Positions 35,101-44,600 of a stretch of DNA of 64,000 nucleotides are shown one piece after another. The stretch lies in assembly GCA_024704765.1 (NCBI GenBank), contig JAKMXF010000255.1, positions 124,001 to 188,000 on the forward strand. Reading direction: 5' to 3'. The notes under the pieces were generated by a model. The model saw only the letters and a program-made list of their open reading frames with translations, ran no database searches and was not told the origin of the DNA. Source of the DNA: Oopsacas minuta (taxonomy: Eukaryota > Animalia > Porifera). The position numbers were made by a program, and so were the translations under genes. Numbering within the stretch: position 1 is the stretch's first letter; every line of letters begins with the position of its first letter.

Positions 35101-38029
35101 CAGATTTAGGATAGCTCGATTCTAAACCTTCAAACATGCTCTTTCTCTTCCTCAACTTATCCTGGCGTGGAGGGAAACAGAGTGGAGCATACCCTAAGTT
35201 ATCATTTATTATATACTGTCTGCACTTATTACTAGTCCGTCTAATATTCCTCAAATCCGCACGCTCTGTCTTCAACTTTTTAACAAATCTCCTAGTCGCA
35301 TATCCTCTCCAAGCACTTTGTATACTAATAATAGCATTCAGCTGTTTCTGAATAAGCAAGCGTAGTAGATATCCCCTACTGTAAGCCTGAGCAGTTATAA
35401 TGCTCTGTCTAAAACGAGTATTTCTACGCTTAGCTAACCAAATACGGACTGATTTCTGTAAGAACACTATTCTCCGTAGAATAATTGAATTAAGCTGCTC
35501 GTCTAAACACAAGCCTTCATCTCCACGAATAAATACTTTAGTTTTACCGACTTGAAAACTATTCGGTGGGAGATATTGCTGCTTTAAGAAGTCATTGATA
35601 ATGACATGAGAAGGTCTGACGTCATTAGGTTGTTGCCTTATAAGAGGTTGATATTTAAAGAGGAATGATTGGAATGTCATCCGTATGGAATATCCTGCTT
35701 GCCTAACCTGGATTGCTTCGAATAATCCGGAGTAATTTAGCTGGTATTTTACAACTTCATCGTTAAAGTACTTCGGCTGTTGACTTGCATTTGAACGAAT
35801 ACACTTGATAAAGAAAGGATTAGCAGAGGACAATTGTACCAGGAGATTCTGAAGAGAAGTCTGGTATTGTGATACAACAGTAGGTGCTCCTCTCATCTCC
35901 TGGACATCAAAACTGTTGAATCGAGGCTTATCTGGAGGTGGTTTTGATTTAGAATTATAAGATTTTTTCTTATTACGTCTGCGACTTGGGAGTCTAAGTG
36001 GAGACCCAATAGGAGTATAGCTATTCATAAATCTAATGGAATTTCCAGCTTGTCCTTCCTTCTTGTTATAACTAAGTTTAGTGGTAGGTTCAGAATTCTT
36101 AGACACTGAATGTTCTTCGTGAAAAGCTTCATGTGTCTTGAAATTTGAGTTTAGAGATGGTATAACGAGGGTGGTATGTTTCGGACCTGCTGCTGGTGGA
36201 TTTGACTCAGGGGATGATGAGTTCAATCTTGTAGTGAGAGTAGATTTAAAATTCTGGACAGCTCTAAATACAATACCCAATTTACGCCATTTTAGCCTGC
36301 CAATTGGCTCAGCCCCAATCAATTCCCTTACTAAATAATCCTCACTGGTTCGTAGCAGTTCTATAATGCTATGAGACATCAAGTCTGTATTCTTCTCAGT
36401 AAACTGTTTGATATGATAGGTAACAGAACCTGCGAAATGTGACACCGTAAAGTTAGGACTCTGGTGTTTTAGTTGTGGAGTTTTGAAATATGAACTATTC
36501 TTGTGACACGAAATAAACTTGTCATACAGACTGAGGTCATTTCCGCCAGGCATAGTAGATTCGTCATTTATAAGAACGAATAATCCTTTTGGTCGTTTGG
36601 AGAATAGATTGATACAACCTGTATTATCCTTGTATGCAATATGCTTCCATTCAATCTTATCGTTCATATACTCATCCTGCTCAGCTTTAAGAACAAAGTC
36701 CATGAAGTAATGGTGTAACTGTTCATTAGCGTAGTTAATACAGAATTGTTCAAACGAATTATTGCAAACGTTCTCAAAGCCGAATATATCAAGTATGCCG
36801 ATTGTTCTGATTCTAACTTCACTCATAGCAATTTTCCCCTTTAGGATATCATTAATTCTGAAGAGAATCCAATCAAACAATGAACTGTATAGAGCTTTAG
36901 CTAGGGAATCTCGTGTCTGAATCATTTGATCGTAAGTACAAGGTATCAGTATTTTTTCGCTTCCTACTGTTTTCAGTCTATTTTTTAGAGTTTGTGTAAG
37001 CAGTGTTTGGGACACTTTCAACAACTCAGAGACAAGGTTTAACTCCCTTTTTGTACTAGAATCAATTACAGCTGTAATGTCTGAGTATTTGAATTTAAGA
37101 TTCCCCAAATGTAGGATAGCAGATAGAATAGAGAAGATATTGAATTGTAGACGTCCATCTATCCGCAGTGACGTCAGGAGGTTACATAGCCTAGTAAATC
37201 CGTCAATATCACTTTTGGTAGGAGTAATATTAGAACGTGAAAGATAAGAATATTGTGTGCTATTATTAAGATACAGATCCTGCTTTAATTGATCAGTAGC
37301 TCCACTCAGAAGGTAGTAGAATACATGGAAGTTCCTCTCTCCATCTTCTTGTGATACAAGTCTGCATTGTTCAAGCAAATACTTCTCAATAAAAGCGCCT
37401 CTGCACGTACCAGTCTCATTGAAACAGAGAGTAACGTATTTGCCGAAACGACTAGAGTTATGGTTATGTAATGTAGTTGCGTTACCAAACGCTTCTAGGA
37501 CAGGACCTGCATATATAATATAGTCAAGAATATCCTGAGGAAGTAGCATACCGCTAAGACTAGTCAAATGCTTCAAGAGAAATTTAGTAGTTTCAGTTTT
37601 CCCACTCCCACTTTCTCCTCCAATTATAATGCTTTGATTTCTATCCTCTTTGAGCATATCCTGGTAGGCAGCGTCAGCAATAGCAAACACGTGTGGGGGA
37701 AGATCGTGTAGCCGTACGCCTTGATAGAACTTTACGTATTTAGGATTGTGAATTGGCATAAAATAGTATGGATTAACTGAGATTAAAATTGGTCCAGCAA
37801 ATGTGTAAATATTGTCTTTAGCAAATCTATTCTTAATAGTAGTAAGCAGGGATTTTTCAGTTAAGTCTTTCAATTGAGTTACATCGTTGTCAGTCGCGAA
37901 AATACTATCTTCTAAACTGACTGAGAGTGTATTTGTCCTTTTCAATTTGTAGCCAGACATCCTTTTGCTTTGCTCAAACAATTTCGACTCTCGTCTTGAC
38001 ATTCGCTTGTAAGAGAAAGCTAGTGACAT
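32195..38029 (-). CDS. MYO9: Unconventional myosin class IX (motor-IQ-C1-C1-RhoGAP), intronless, 1,944 aa
   Basis: P-loop GESGSGKT, switch I NSSRFGK, switch II DIFGFE, class-IX loop-2 insert (IGAEPIGRLKWRKL), 3 IQ motifs, two Cys/His C1 domains, RhoGAP with arginine finger GIYRK. Confidence 0.95.
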   Translation of the reverse strand: MSLAFSYKRMSRRESKLFEQSKRMSGYKLKRTNTLSVSLEDSIFATDNDVTQLKDLTEKSLLTTIKNRFAKDNIYTFAGPILISVNPYYFMPIHNPKYVKFYQGVRLHDLPPHVFAIADAAYQDMLKEDRNQSIIIGGESGSGKTETTKFLLKHLTSLSGMLLPQDILDYIIYAGPVLEAFGNATTLHNHNSSRFGKYVTLCFNETGTCRGAFIEKYLLEQCRLVSQEDGERNFHVFYYLLSGATDQLKQDLYLNNSTQYSYLSRSNITPTKSDIDGFTRLCNLLTSLRIDGRLQFNIFSILSAILHLGNLKFKYSDITAVIDSSTKRELNLVSELLKVSQTLLTQTLKNRLKTVGSEKILIPCTYDQMIQTRDSLAKALYSSLFDWILFRINDILKGKIAMSEVRIRTIGILDIFGFENVCNNSFEQFCINYANEQLHHYFMDFVLKAEQDEYMNDKIEWKHIAYKDNTGCINLFSKRPKGLFVLINDESTMPGGNDLSLYDKFISCHKNSSYFKTPQLKHQSPNFTVSHFAGSVTYHIKQFTEKNTDLMSHSIIELLRTSEDYLVRELIGAEPIGRLKWRKLGIVFRAVQNFKSTLTTRLNSSSPESNPPAAGPKHTTLVIPSLNSNFKTHEAFHEEHSVSKNSEPTTKLSYNKKEGQAGNSIRFMNSYTPIGSPLRLPSRRRNKKKSYNSKSKPPPDKPRFNSFDVQEMRGAPTVVSQYQTSLQNLLVQLSSANPFFIKCIRSNASQQPKYFNDEVVKYQLNYSGLFEAIQVRQAGYSIRMTFQSFLFKYQPLIRQQPNDVRPSHVIINDFLKQQYLPPNSFQVGKTKVFIRGDEGLCLDEQLNSIILRRIVFLQKSVRIWLAKRRNTRFRQSIITAQAYSRGYLLRLLIQKQLNAIISIQSAWRGYATRRFVKKLKTERADLRNIRRTSNKCRQYIINDNLGYAPLCFPPRQDKLRKRKSMFEGLESSYPKSDINPKTSATITMSNPDSNNFRKSYLQAVHSTQYKIYESRDNDSNKYDLSKVKRKYEDNVLSPRHMKARSSSVEIDKVRPGSVNEMIQGLELDKHPMNLPNRTSQTLSRYSFLESSDHNIINPAVQKYAVSYSKSYDFNSTSFTPNPPPRTPPKDIFTKLIKSHCNYLNNMPLERETIFKQNSSLHLSNNSRFNAEMFQEKLTSPLPTNYNHIKVKRSRAKPVVRREAIRVVSPSIERPYFLPCSPLASANNFFPKVVQDDNTDGHNLSSCVMSSGRVPKRNRNVELIKVKSLADISPFELIFEGKVEREGSPFKSSLSLTQSVDSKREFSEFRPRAITVSTLNPGSKGLTRSLHLGSNKSIDSPLHPTTTVQSRLYSFASSPFKRDRPRKDKRLKGKVKTGLLQSYAHGHEPKQYNGASFQKVPCNKCMRLLHPPFLKGKVFRCALCNQIFHENCMPFANTCPSSSGDVVIARNLSDMGRLISFLLDKKDALSERPRQKDTMDDFYILTLERMHANMLASTSLKAQMLSQEAMLSKTQTITIRNMLHDFSLLLTPIVSDTKSQLMLRNVFMNLLEDYLIERSREDSDPNSTVPTQAIKVLQRRKEIQKPKLILGHTFLEKHFNVLTVCEFCDEPMSLVESGQYCQACDYVCHKSCLSHVKSPCVTCCETLDENDTKTEKLSHFGRSLNSLSKSHTELPPIFELCLKSIESTGLMSEGIYRKCSAKSKVTRFIAAIDEDLENVDWESYDVHAMCSGVKTFLNELPDPLLTFDLYDRCIIAAKISERTEKVRAIQAILQLLPPMNYKCLERLVFHMAQICKLEEHNKMCPHSLAIIFAPVLLRSPDDMPLIELAKVMPLQTVFLQIIIEEHLKKLRETMDDLEQLDRARRNTIRKIKQITQDDNKSDSGIFDQALQEDPVSTLRWKQLNTQLADIETQQFSLTIELARLDLGDSSAEDSSSHDSMEAMID

Positions 38030-39139
38030 TTCTGATTTATTCTAATTTTAAGCACAATTTTATATGTAACTTTAAAGTTTAATATGTAATGATATTAATG
38101 AAACAAGCACAAAACAGCGCTTTAATAAACAAACAAGCAATGAGCATAATACCATTATGTGATAATTATTATATACACGCTCAATAGGCGATCAGTTCAT
38201 TTGGGTAAACTTTACACTATGAACAATAGTCCACTATATATTCACTCACACATAGGCTTCCAACGGAGTAATAAAATGAGTGATGCCGTAACGAATTTGT
38301 TAATTTTTGAGAAGAACTTTGACAATAATAGAGGCGATAAGAAAATAAAAATGAATAAAAGTAATTTGCAAATGGATAGAGTAATATATTTCTTGGGTTT
38401 CGAGAAAAACACTTTTTCAAGGATGGTTTGTCAATGACTTGATTCAAACTGGTAATGTGAAAATCAACACTATATTGTTTAAGGATAATTGGGTAACATA
38501 GATAATTCGTTATCTTGATGCCCCTCACTGCATTTTTATAAGAAATCAAATTGTATTGGGAAGCGCATTCATAACAATCACGCAGCCAATATTCAAAACA
38601 AATGTGAACCAAATACTTATCCGAAAAACAAAGCAACTGGTGTCTTCAACTTTAGAAAATATCTGGATTCAAATTTCGAACTTTAGCAAAGTATAATTAA
38701 AATAAGGTATCAGTGAATCAATTCATCCATTAGATTATATGATTAATAATATTGTTATGTAAACTCTTAAAACAGGATTATTTCCATTGAGACATAATGT
38801 CTTTTTTGGTTATTCATTGAAGTTATGTGTTGTAGTAGTGTTCATGTCAATGTGTATGTTCTAGAGACTATAATCTGATAACTATATAATTATATGCATT
38901 CTTGTGTATACACTTTGTATCTAAGGTAGTTAGTCACGCAAATTAATTAACCACAGAGATAGCATCTGGACACATATTATACAAAATATGGCATAATACT
39001 GGTTGTATATGACACAAGTAATACAGTTAAAACAATTAATAAAATATTATTTTACATCGCAGGGTTATAAGCAGTTACAGAATGGAGCTATAAAAAGTTT
39101 ATATATACACAGGGTCTAAAAGCTAACCTTTTAAGATCA

Positions 39140-41229
39140 TTAAAGAAGGCTTCGTGAGCCAGTAGGGCTAGGACTCCCCTCCTGAACTAGCAATCTCTCT
39201 CCAATCAGATCTTCCAGCACTGTCATATTCTCAAATTGACTCTGTCTAGATTTTGCATCTTTATGAGCTGTTATTACAGATATAACAGGTCCTCTTAAAC
39301 GACTACCACGTATGATCCCCTCGTCCAAGCATCCCTTCTCTCCGCCGGATTTATCTAACTCGTCAACAGACCCCCCAACAGATCCACTCGCCGGTAACAA
39401 CTCACTTTTAAGAGGATTTGTAAGATCTGTTTCACTACAAACACGTACAGGTATAAGCCCTCCCTCCTCATCCTCTCTCATCTCGTCATCTAGATGCGTG
39501 ACTCTAGGGACCTCATAGACAATAGGTACATCTGTAAATTCTATCAGAGGCTTCTCCTTAGCTGGTATTGTGGGTACTTCAAGTAGGGGAGTAGCTCTAT
39601 AAAGTATGATATAATACGCTTATGCTAATCCGAACAGCACTGTTCCATTTGCAAAATAATTCGTTCTGATTAATGAAATGAATTGAAGCAATAATATAGG
39701 ATATAGGAAAATAAAACACAAATGTAAGGGCTAGTTTCTCACCCACACGCTTATTACAGCATATATGTAATGTCTAGATTAGAATTTGCTTACCAAACCA
39801 GCACTCAACACCTAATATCATTGCCTAATGATTATCCAAGACTCCTAGTACATTAGGTGTAGAGCCTGTAATTTGAAACGTATAGAGACATATACGTATA
39901 TGTGGAAAATACAGAAAATGGCCGATATATCGAACAATGCTCTAAAGAACAATAATTATATCCAGAAATTCATAGTTATTGTGTTTAGTCAATTATTATT
40001 AAATATTTGCGAATTTCGCGGCTAATAATAACGTCAGAATCTCTCTAGGTGATCCAAAATAAATCAGCTGATTCACACTTTCTTTAACTGATATCAAATA
40101 AGTGCAACTAACAAGAACAACAACAACAACATTATTATACGACAGATTTAAGTGATAACCTATAAGCTAACAGATTATGATTGTATGCTTGGTAACAAGT
40201 AAGCGCAGCATACTTATATTTAGCTGCGCTAACAAACGCGATACTTTATTACCAAATATGTGTAATTAGGAGCAAAGTTTAAACTTAGGAATTCTGCATG
40301 TGTGTGTGTTGTGTAGTTGTTAAGGTTTTAGAATACATTCTGAGTGATAATATGCCTTAAGAAACGGTAAAAATTCAGTTTTCTTACGAATATTTATCTT
40401 CGTCTTTACCATGTCTTAAAAGCGAGTCGATTGGGAAAGTTTTGCATTGCAATTGAGTCATTACCAAAATATACAAACAGTGAAACCTCATTAATACCAA
40501 CACCAACGGACGAGCAAAATTTGTTCGTATTGTAACCGGAACAATACCTATTGAATAATTATTGTAAGGAACCAAGTTTGTGTAATATTTTGTTCGTCTT
40601 ATCAGATATTCGTATTCACGAGGTTCTACAGATAATATTTACCCTGCTTCTTGATCAGGAATACCTCCTCCATTAACAATCTGTTCTAATTTCTTCTCCA
40701 ATTCAATCACTAATTTTCTAAGACAATCATAACTTGCATGTTCTAATGCTTTTATCCAAGATACCATATCCTCCTCATACTCAGCTAGGAATTGGTAATC
40801 ACGACTGTGTAGAACATTAAAGGTTATTGAGAAACTCAATTTCTGTGTAATATCCCTTGAAACTTTATAGTTCTCAAGGATGATCAGTCCTACGGGAAAA
40901 GAGGATATTAATATTTCGAATCCATTCCATATACTGCAATACAAATTTTGAGATCTTTTGGGGCCCTTACTGTCGTCCGTGGACCACCAAGGATGAATGG
41001 ACGGTGGGAAAGACAATTATACGAAACGATAATTGAATATATAATTAGTACCAATCGGCTCTTTATCATCACGTTTCTCAAAGTAGAATAGAAGATTGCC
41101 TTTGAGTATAAACCATCTCTTCTGATAGCTAGCTCCAACTGCTGCTCCTTTCTTAAATAAAAATCCTTCTTTATCAATCGGAGAGGAAGATGAAGCGAAT
41201 CTAATAAGATCTTTCTCGTTTAGTTTCAT
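39140..41229 (-). CDS. PHETA1: Sesquipedalian/PHETA (FAM109) PH-domain endocytic adaptor, 3 exons, about 293 aa
   Basis: Exons 41229-41052, 40889-40643, 39596-39140 (882 nt, phases consistent). MKLNEKDL...DKEGFLFKKG...YQKRWFILKGNLLFYFE...EPIGLIILE...WIKALEHASYDCLRKLVIELEKKL matches the FAM109 PH plus coiled coil. Confidence 0.88.
40956..40992 (-). mobile_element. Degenerate inverted fragment of the hAT MITE at 31751-31860
   Basis: Core CTGTCGTCCGTGGACCACCAAGG matches the reverse complement of the 31751 element interior at 22/23 nt; lies in PHETA intron 1. Confidence 0.7.
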
Positions 41230-41600
41230 GGTATACCAGCTATTTAGAATTCAAAATATTATTCCTAGGTAAACTAGCGTATTATGAGTAATATTGGGCT
41301 CGTTAACATTGGTGAAAAGTTCGAACAAAATGAGTTAAAGAGTGATTAAAGTGAGTCACTGGCTCTGAAACGATCAACGATTGTCACAGATTGATAGATA
41401 TCGGTTAGCCAGCCAAGATTAACTATATCAGATAGTGAATATTCAATTTGTTGTTTGAATACAGCACAATAAACACAAAATAAAAATATGGTAAAATTTA
41501 ATTATTTGAATAAAAAGAATCTTAAAAAGCAAGCAAATATCTAATAAAGAAAGTACAAATTAAATTTACATCATATTAAAAGCTTATAAAACAGTGCTGT

Positions 41601-44600
41601 TTAGATGTACATCTTTGCTTCTTTAGGGATGATATCGTATACATTTTCTTGATCTCTGAGAATACCTGAAGGATGTCTGGAGGGAGCTTCTAACCGCTGA
41701 AGCAGGTCGTAGTAGGAGATCTCTGTATCAAAGAAATCTAGGTTGTAATGGTAGAGGATATTACCAGACATGTCGATACTGTCGTCTTCATTGTGCTCAC
41801 AGAAGTAGGGAAGGTGGATGTTCCAGAAGTCAACAACGTTTTCCTCCCATTTCTGGAGCTTTGGGTGTTTAGCTTTCAACTGAGATACAATTCTAAACAA
41901 AATATCAAGTTAATAATTAAAGAGTACAGTAGAACTCGGATAAGACGTACTCGGCTTAAGACGTACACTCGGTTAAGACGTACCATTTCTTATATCCCAA
42001 AATATCAGTCATCATTATTTGTAATGCAAACATATTCGGATAAGACGTACACTCGGTTAAGACGTACTAATTTCTGTTTCCCGAGCGGGTACGTCTTATC
42101 CGAGTTCTACTGTATTATTCTGGGGATACAACTCACGATTTTATCTTGAGGATAAGATGAACATAATGCTCATTAGTAACTTCCTGATTCAACAGATTAA
42201 TGAGACTCCTGTGAGTGATGTCATGTGGATGAACGTGGTTTAATATCTCTTCCATAGAACTCTTAAAAAATTGTACGAAATATACATTAGTACATTTCTA
42301 TATAACGTATTTGTTGATAAGCTTACCTTAGGATTCTGTATGATAAAGCTCTCTTTATACTGTAGTTTAACTTGTAAATCATCCAAGAATATCCGGAGAG
42401 GCTCAATGTTCTCAAAATGTCCAACTCGGTTATCTAAAATGGTCCAATTGGTTAGAATTAATATTCTAAAAAAAAGAAGTAAAGTAAATACCTAAGCACT
42501 GCTGCACATCAAATTCCAATTTTCTCTCCACTTTGGGAGGGAGAGGTTTCTTTACGGAGTACGTCAGATGACAAAACTCATAATACTTGAGGCTGAGTTT
42601 GTCGTAGAAGAATTTGAAACATTCAAAAAGATGAATTATCTGCAATTCTGCTAGAATAGTAGATTGACTTTTGGAGAGTCTAAAAGACAATTCAAAATTA
42701 TGAAATACAACTTTTAAATAAATGAGAAATAACTTACTTATTAAATTCAAATTGAGAGAATGCTCCTTGAAGAGAATCTTGGTTCATTATGTGTTTAGCA
42801 TACATACCTAATGTAAATTCTGCCCATTGCTTATCTCCAGGCTATTATAAAACAAAAATTATATCATACACGCAGAACCACGCAATTCACATATACACAT
42901 TACATATTTTTTCTGAGGAAAGCAATTACTTACAGTAATATTTTGACTCTGTATAAGGAAACTTGTCACAGTCTGTAAGCCTTTCAATAATATCAATACA
43001 TTGTTGTAATCTAACATATGAAAGTGGTACTCCAGATCTCTGATTAGATTCTCTGGCAGCAATGCCTACATATAAGTAAGGGGAATAAATCATGAAAAAA
43101 CCGATCGTTAAAACGATTCATACATTAAAAATGTAATAAATATAAATGCATATGATTTATACCCAATTACCTTGAAGGGCTGTGTCAACAGATCATTGAA
43201 CACATCGATTTTATAGTATTGGGAAGATGATTGCCTAGAAATATTACATTAGTAGTAATTTGATAGGCAACAAATATCTGTCATAAGCCTGGGCTTAAAC
43301 ATACGCTATAGGGTGTGGTATACGGAAATGATACTCCTTCTCAATTGGATCTTCAAACTTAAATTTTGGAGAAATATAAGCCATAATTAAGTCTCTCTCT
43401 AACCCATCCAAATTGAACCCGCCCTGTATTTCTTTTATAACGATAAAGCTATCAGGAGCTCTCCTACGGTAGAACTTTGAAACTTCTAGTTTATCTTCAG
43501 TTAATGTTAGCGGGGGATCTCCTCTACAACACGTAAAGCTAAGAACACAAACAACATAAAATATGATGGAAATATTATTCTACAATATCTGCCAAACCTG
43601 TCATGTCTAAATTGTACTAGCTCACTCTGAGTCAGGTCAGTGATCATATTAGATATAGCAGAGTCTTGTGTTGGGAGAATACTGGGAGCTGTTTCACTGG
43701 AGTATCCTAGAATCTTACTAGTACATTTGTTAACTAGATCTATCAAGCCGTTGTGTAGTTTTATCTACAGAAACAATAAAATTTAAAACCTATTCTATAA
43801 TTTATCTATTTAGACACTTACAATATCTTTTATGATGGTCAGAAGGATGTTTAAAGGTGGATTATTTGTGTCTCTACCTTTCTCTTCCACATTTAAGACA
43901 TCATACATCCGTAGAGGTTTAGGCAATTCACCCCCAAGGTCTAGATTAGGCTTTCTCAATGCTACATATTCTGGTAGATAATTCTCAAAGTTCTTTACTA
44001 ATTCTTTCAATTCGATCAAGCTTGGATGTCTGTTACAAACTTCTCTAACAAAATTAGTTAGAGACTTGCTAATAGCCATTTCTTTAAGTAGAACATAGTT
44101 CAAATCAACGTGAAACATTTCATAGAGTTTGAGAGCAATGGGGAGTAACATTGCGCCGACTCGAAGAGGTTTTCTGAGTGAGATAAAGGCTAAAATGACG
44201 TCATGATTATTAAGCTGTTCTGTATTCTTCGGTTCAATGTATGCAAGAATGCTCTTTGCCGTTATAGGCTTAGGAATTCGAGTATTGAGGGTCCATAAGT
44301 TGTGAGCGAGATCTGGATTCCGAATAGAAGCAAGTTTAATATGGTTCAAACTAAACTTATGGAATCGATAATGAATTTGTCGCTCGAATCTAACAATATC
44401 TTTCAAATCGAGTAGCAAATTAACAGGTTCCATAGCACTGTCAGTCATCAGTGTTTTCTTGAAAAAGTGCCTAATGACAGATACCATATCCTCCTCATAT
44501 ACACCGCTAACCTCTATCAAGAGAGACCAACATTTTCTGATATCTCCAATCAGATTCATTACCAGATCCCTACAGTATTTCTCTGAGAATAATTTACACT

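Noticed and set aside
38159-38636. 139-aa minus ORF upstream of MYO9 as a possible RA-domain exon (has a GTGAGT donor in frame with an AG 12 nt before the ATG)
   Set aside because: Y/F/C/I-rich composition typical of noncoding DNA and no convincing RA similarity; only transcript data could rescue it.
40202-40230. 8-bp GC-rich inverted repeat AGCGCAGC...GCTGCGCT
   Set aside because: Too short to distinguish from chance; no terminator context in a eukaryotic intron.
40377-40630. Possible decayed Tigger-like MITE (right end resembles CGTCTTATC...GTTCTAC)
   Set aside because: The left terminus does not match and there is no clear TA duplication.
40893-41016. N-terminal part of ORF 40639-41016 (MSFPPSIHPWW...)
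   Set aside because: Intronic and partly hAT-MITE-derived; the real exon starts at the acceptor at 40890.
41927-42112. Repeated CTCGGTTAAGACGTAC units as a CRISPR-like array
   Set aside because: No unique spacers of regular length; the units sit within perfect TIRs, so this is a MITE.
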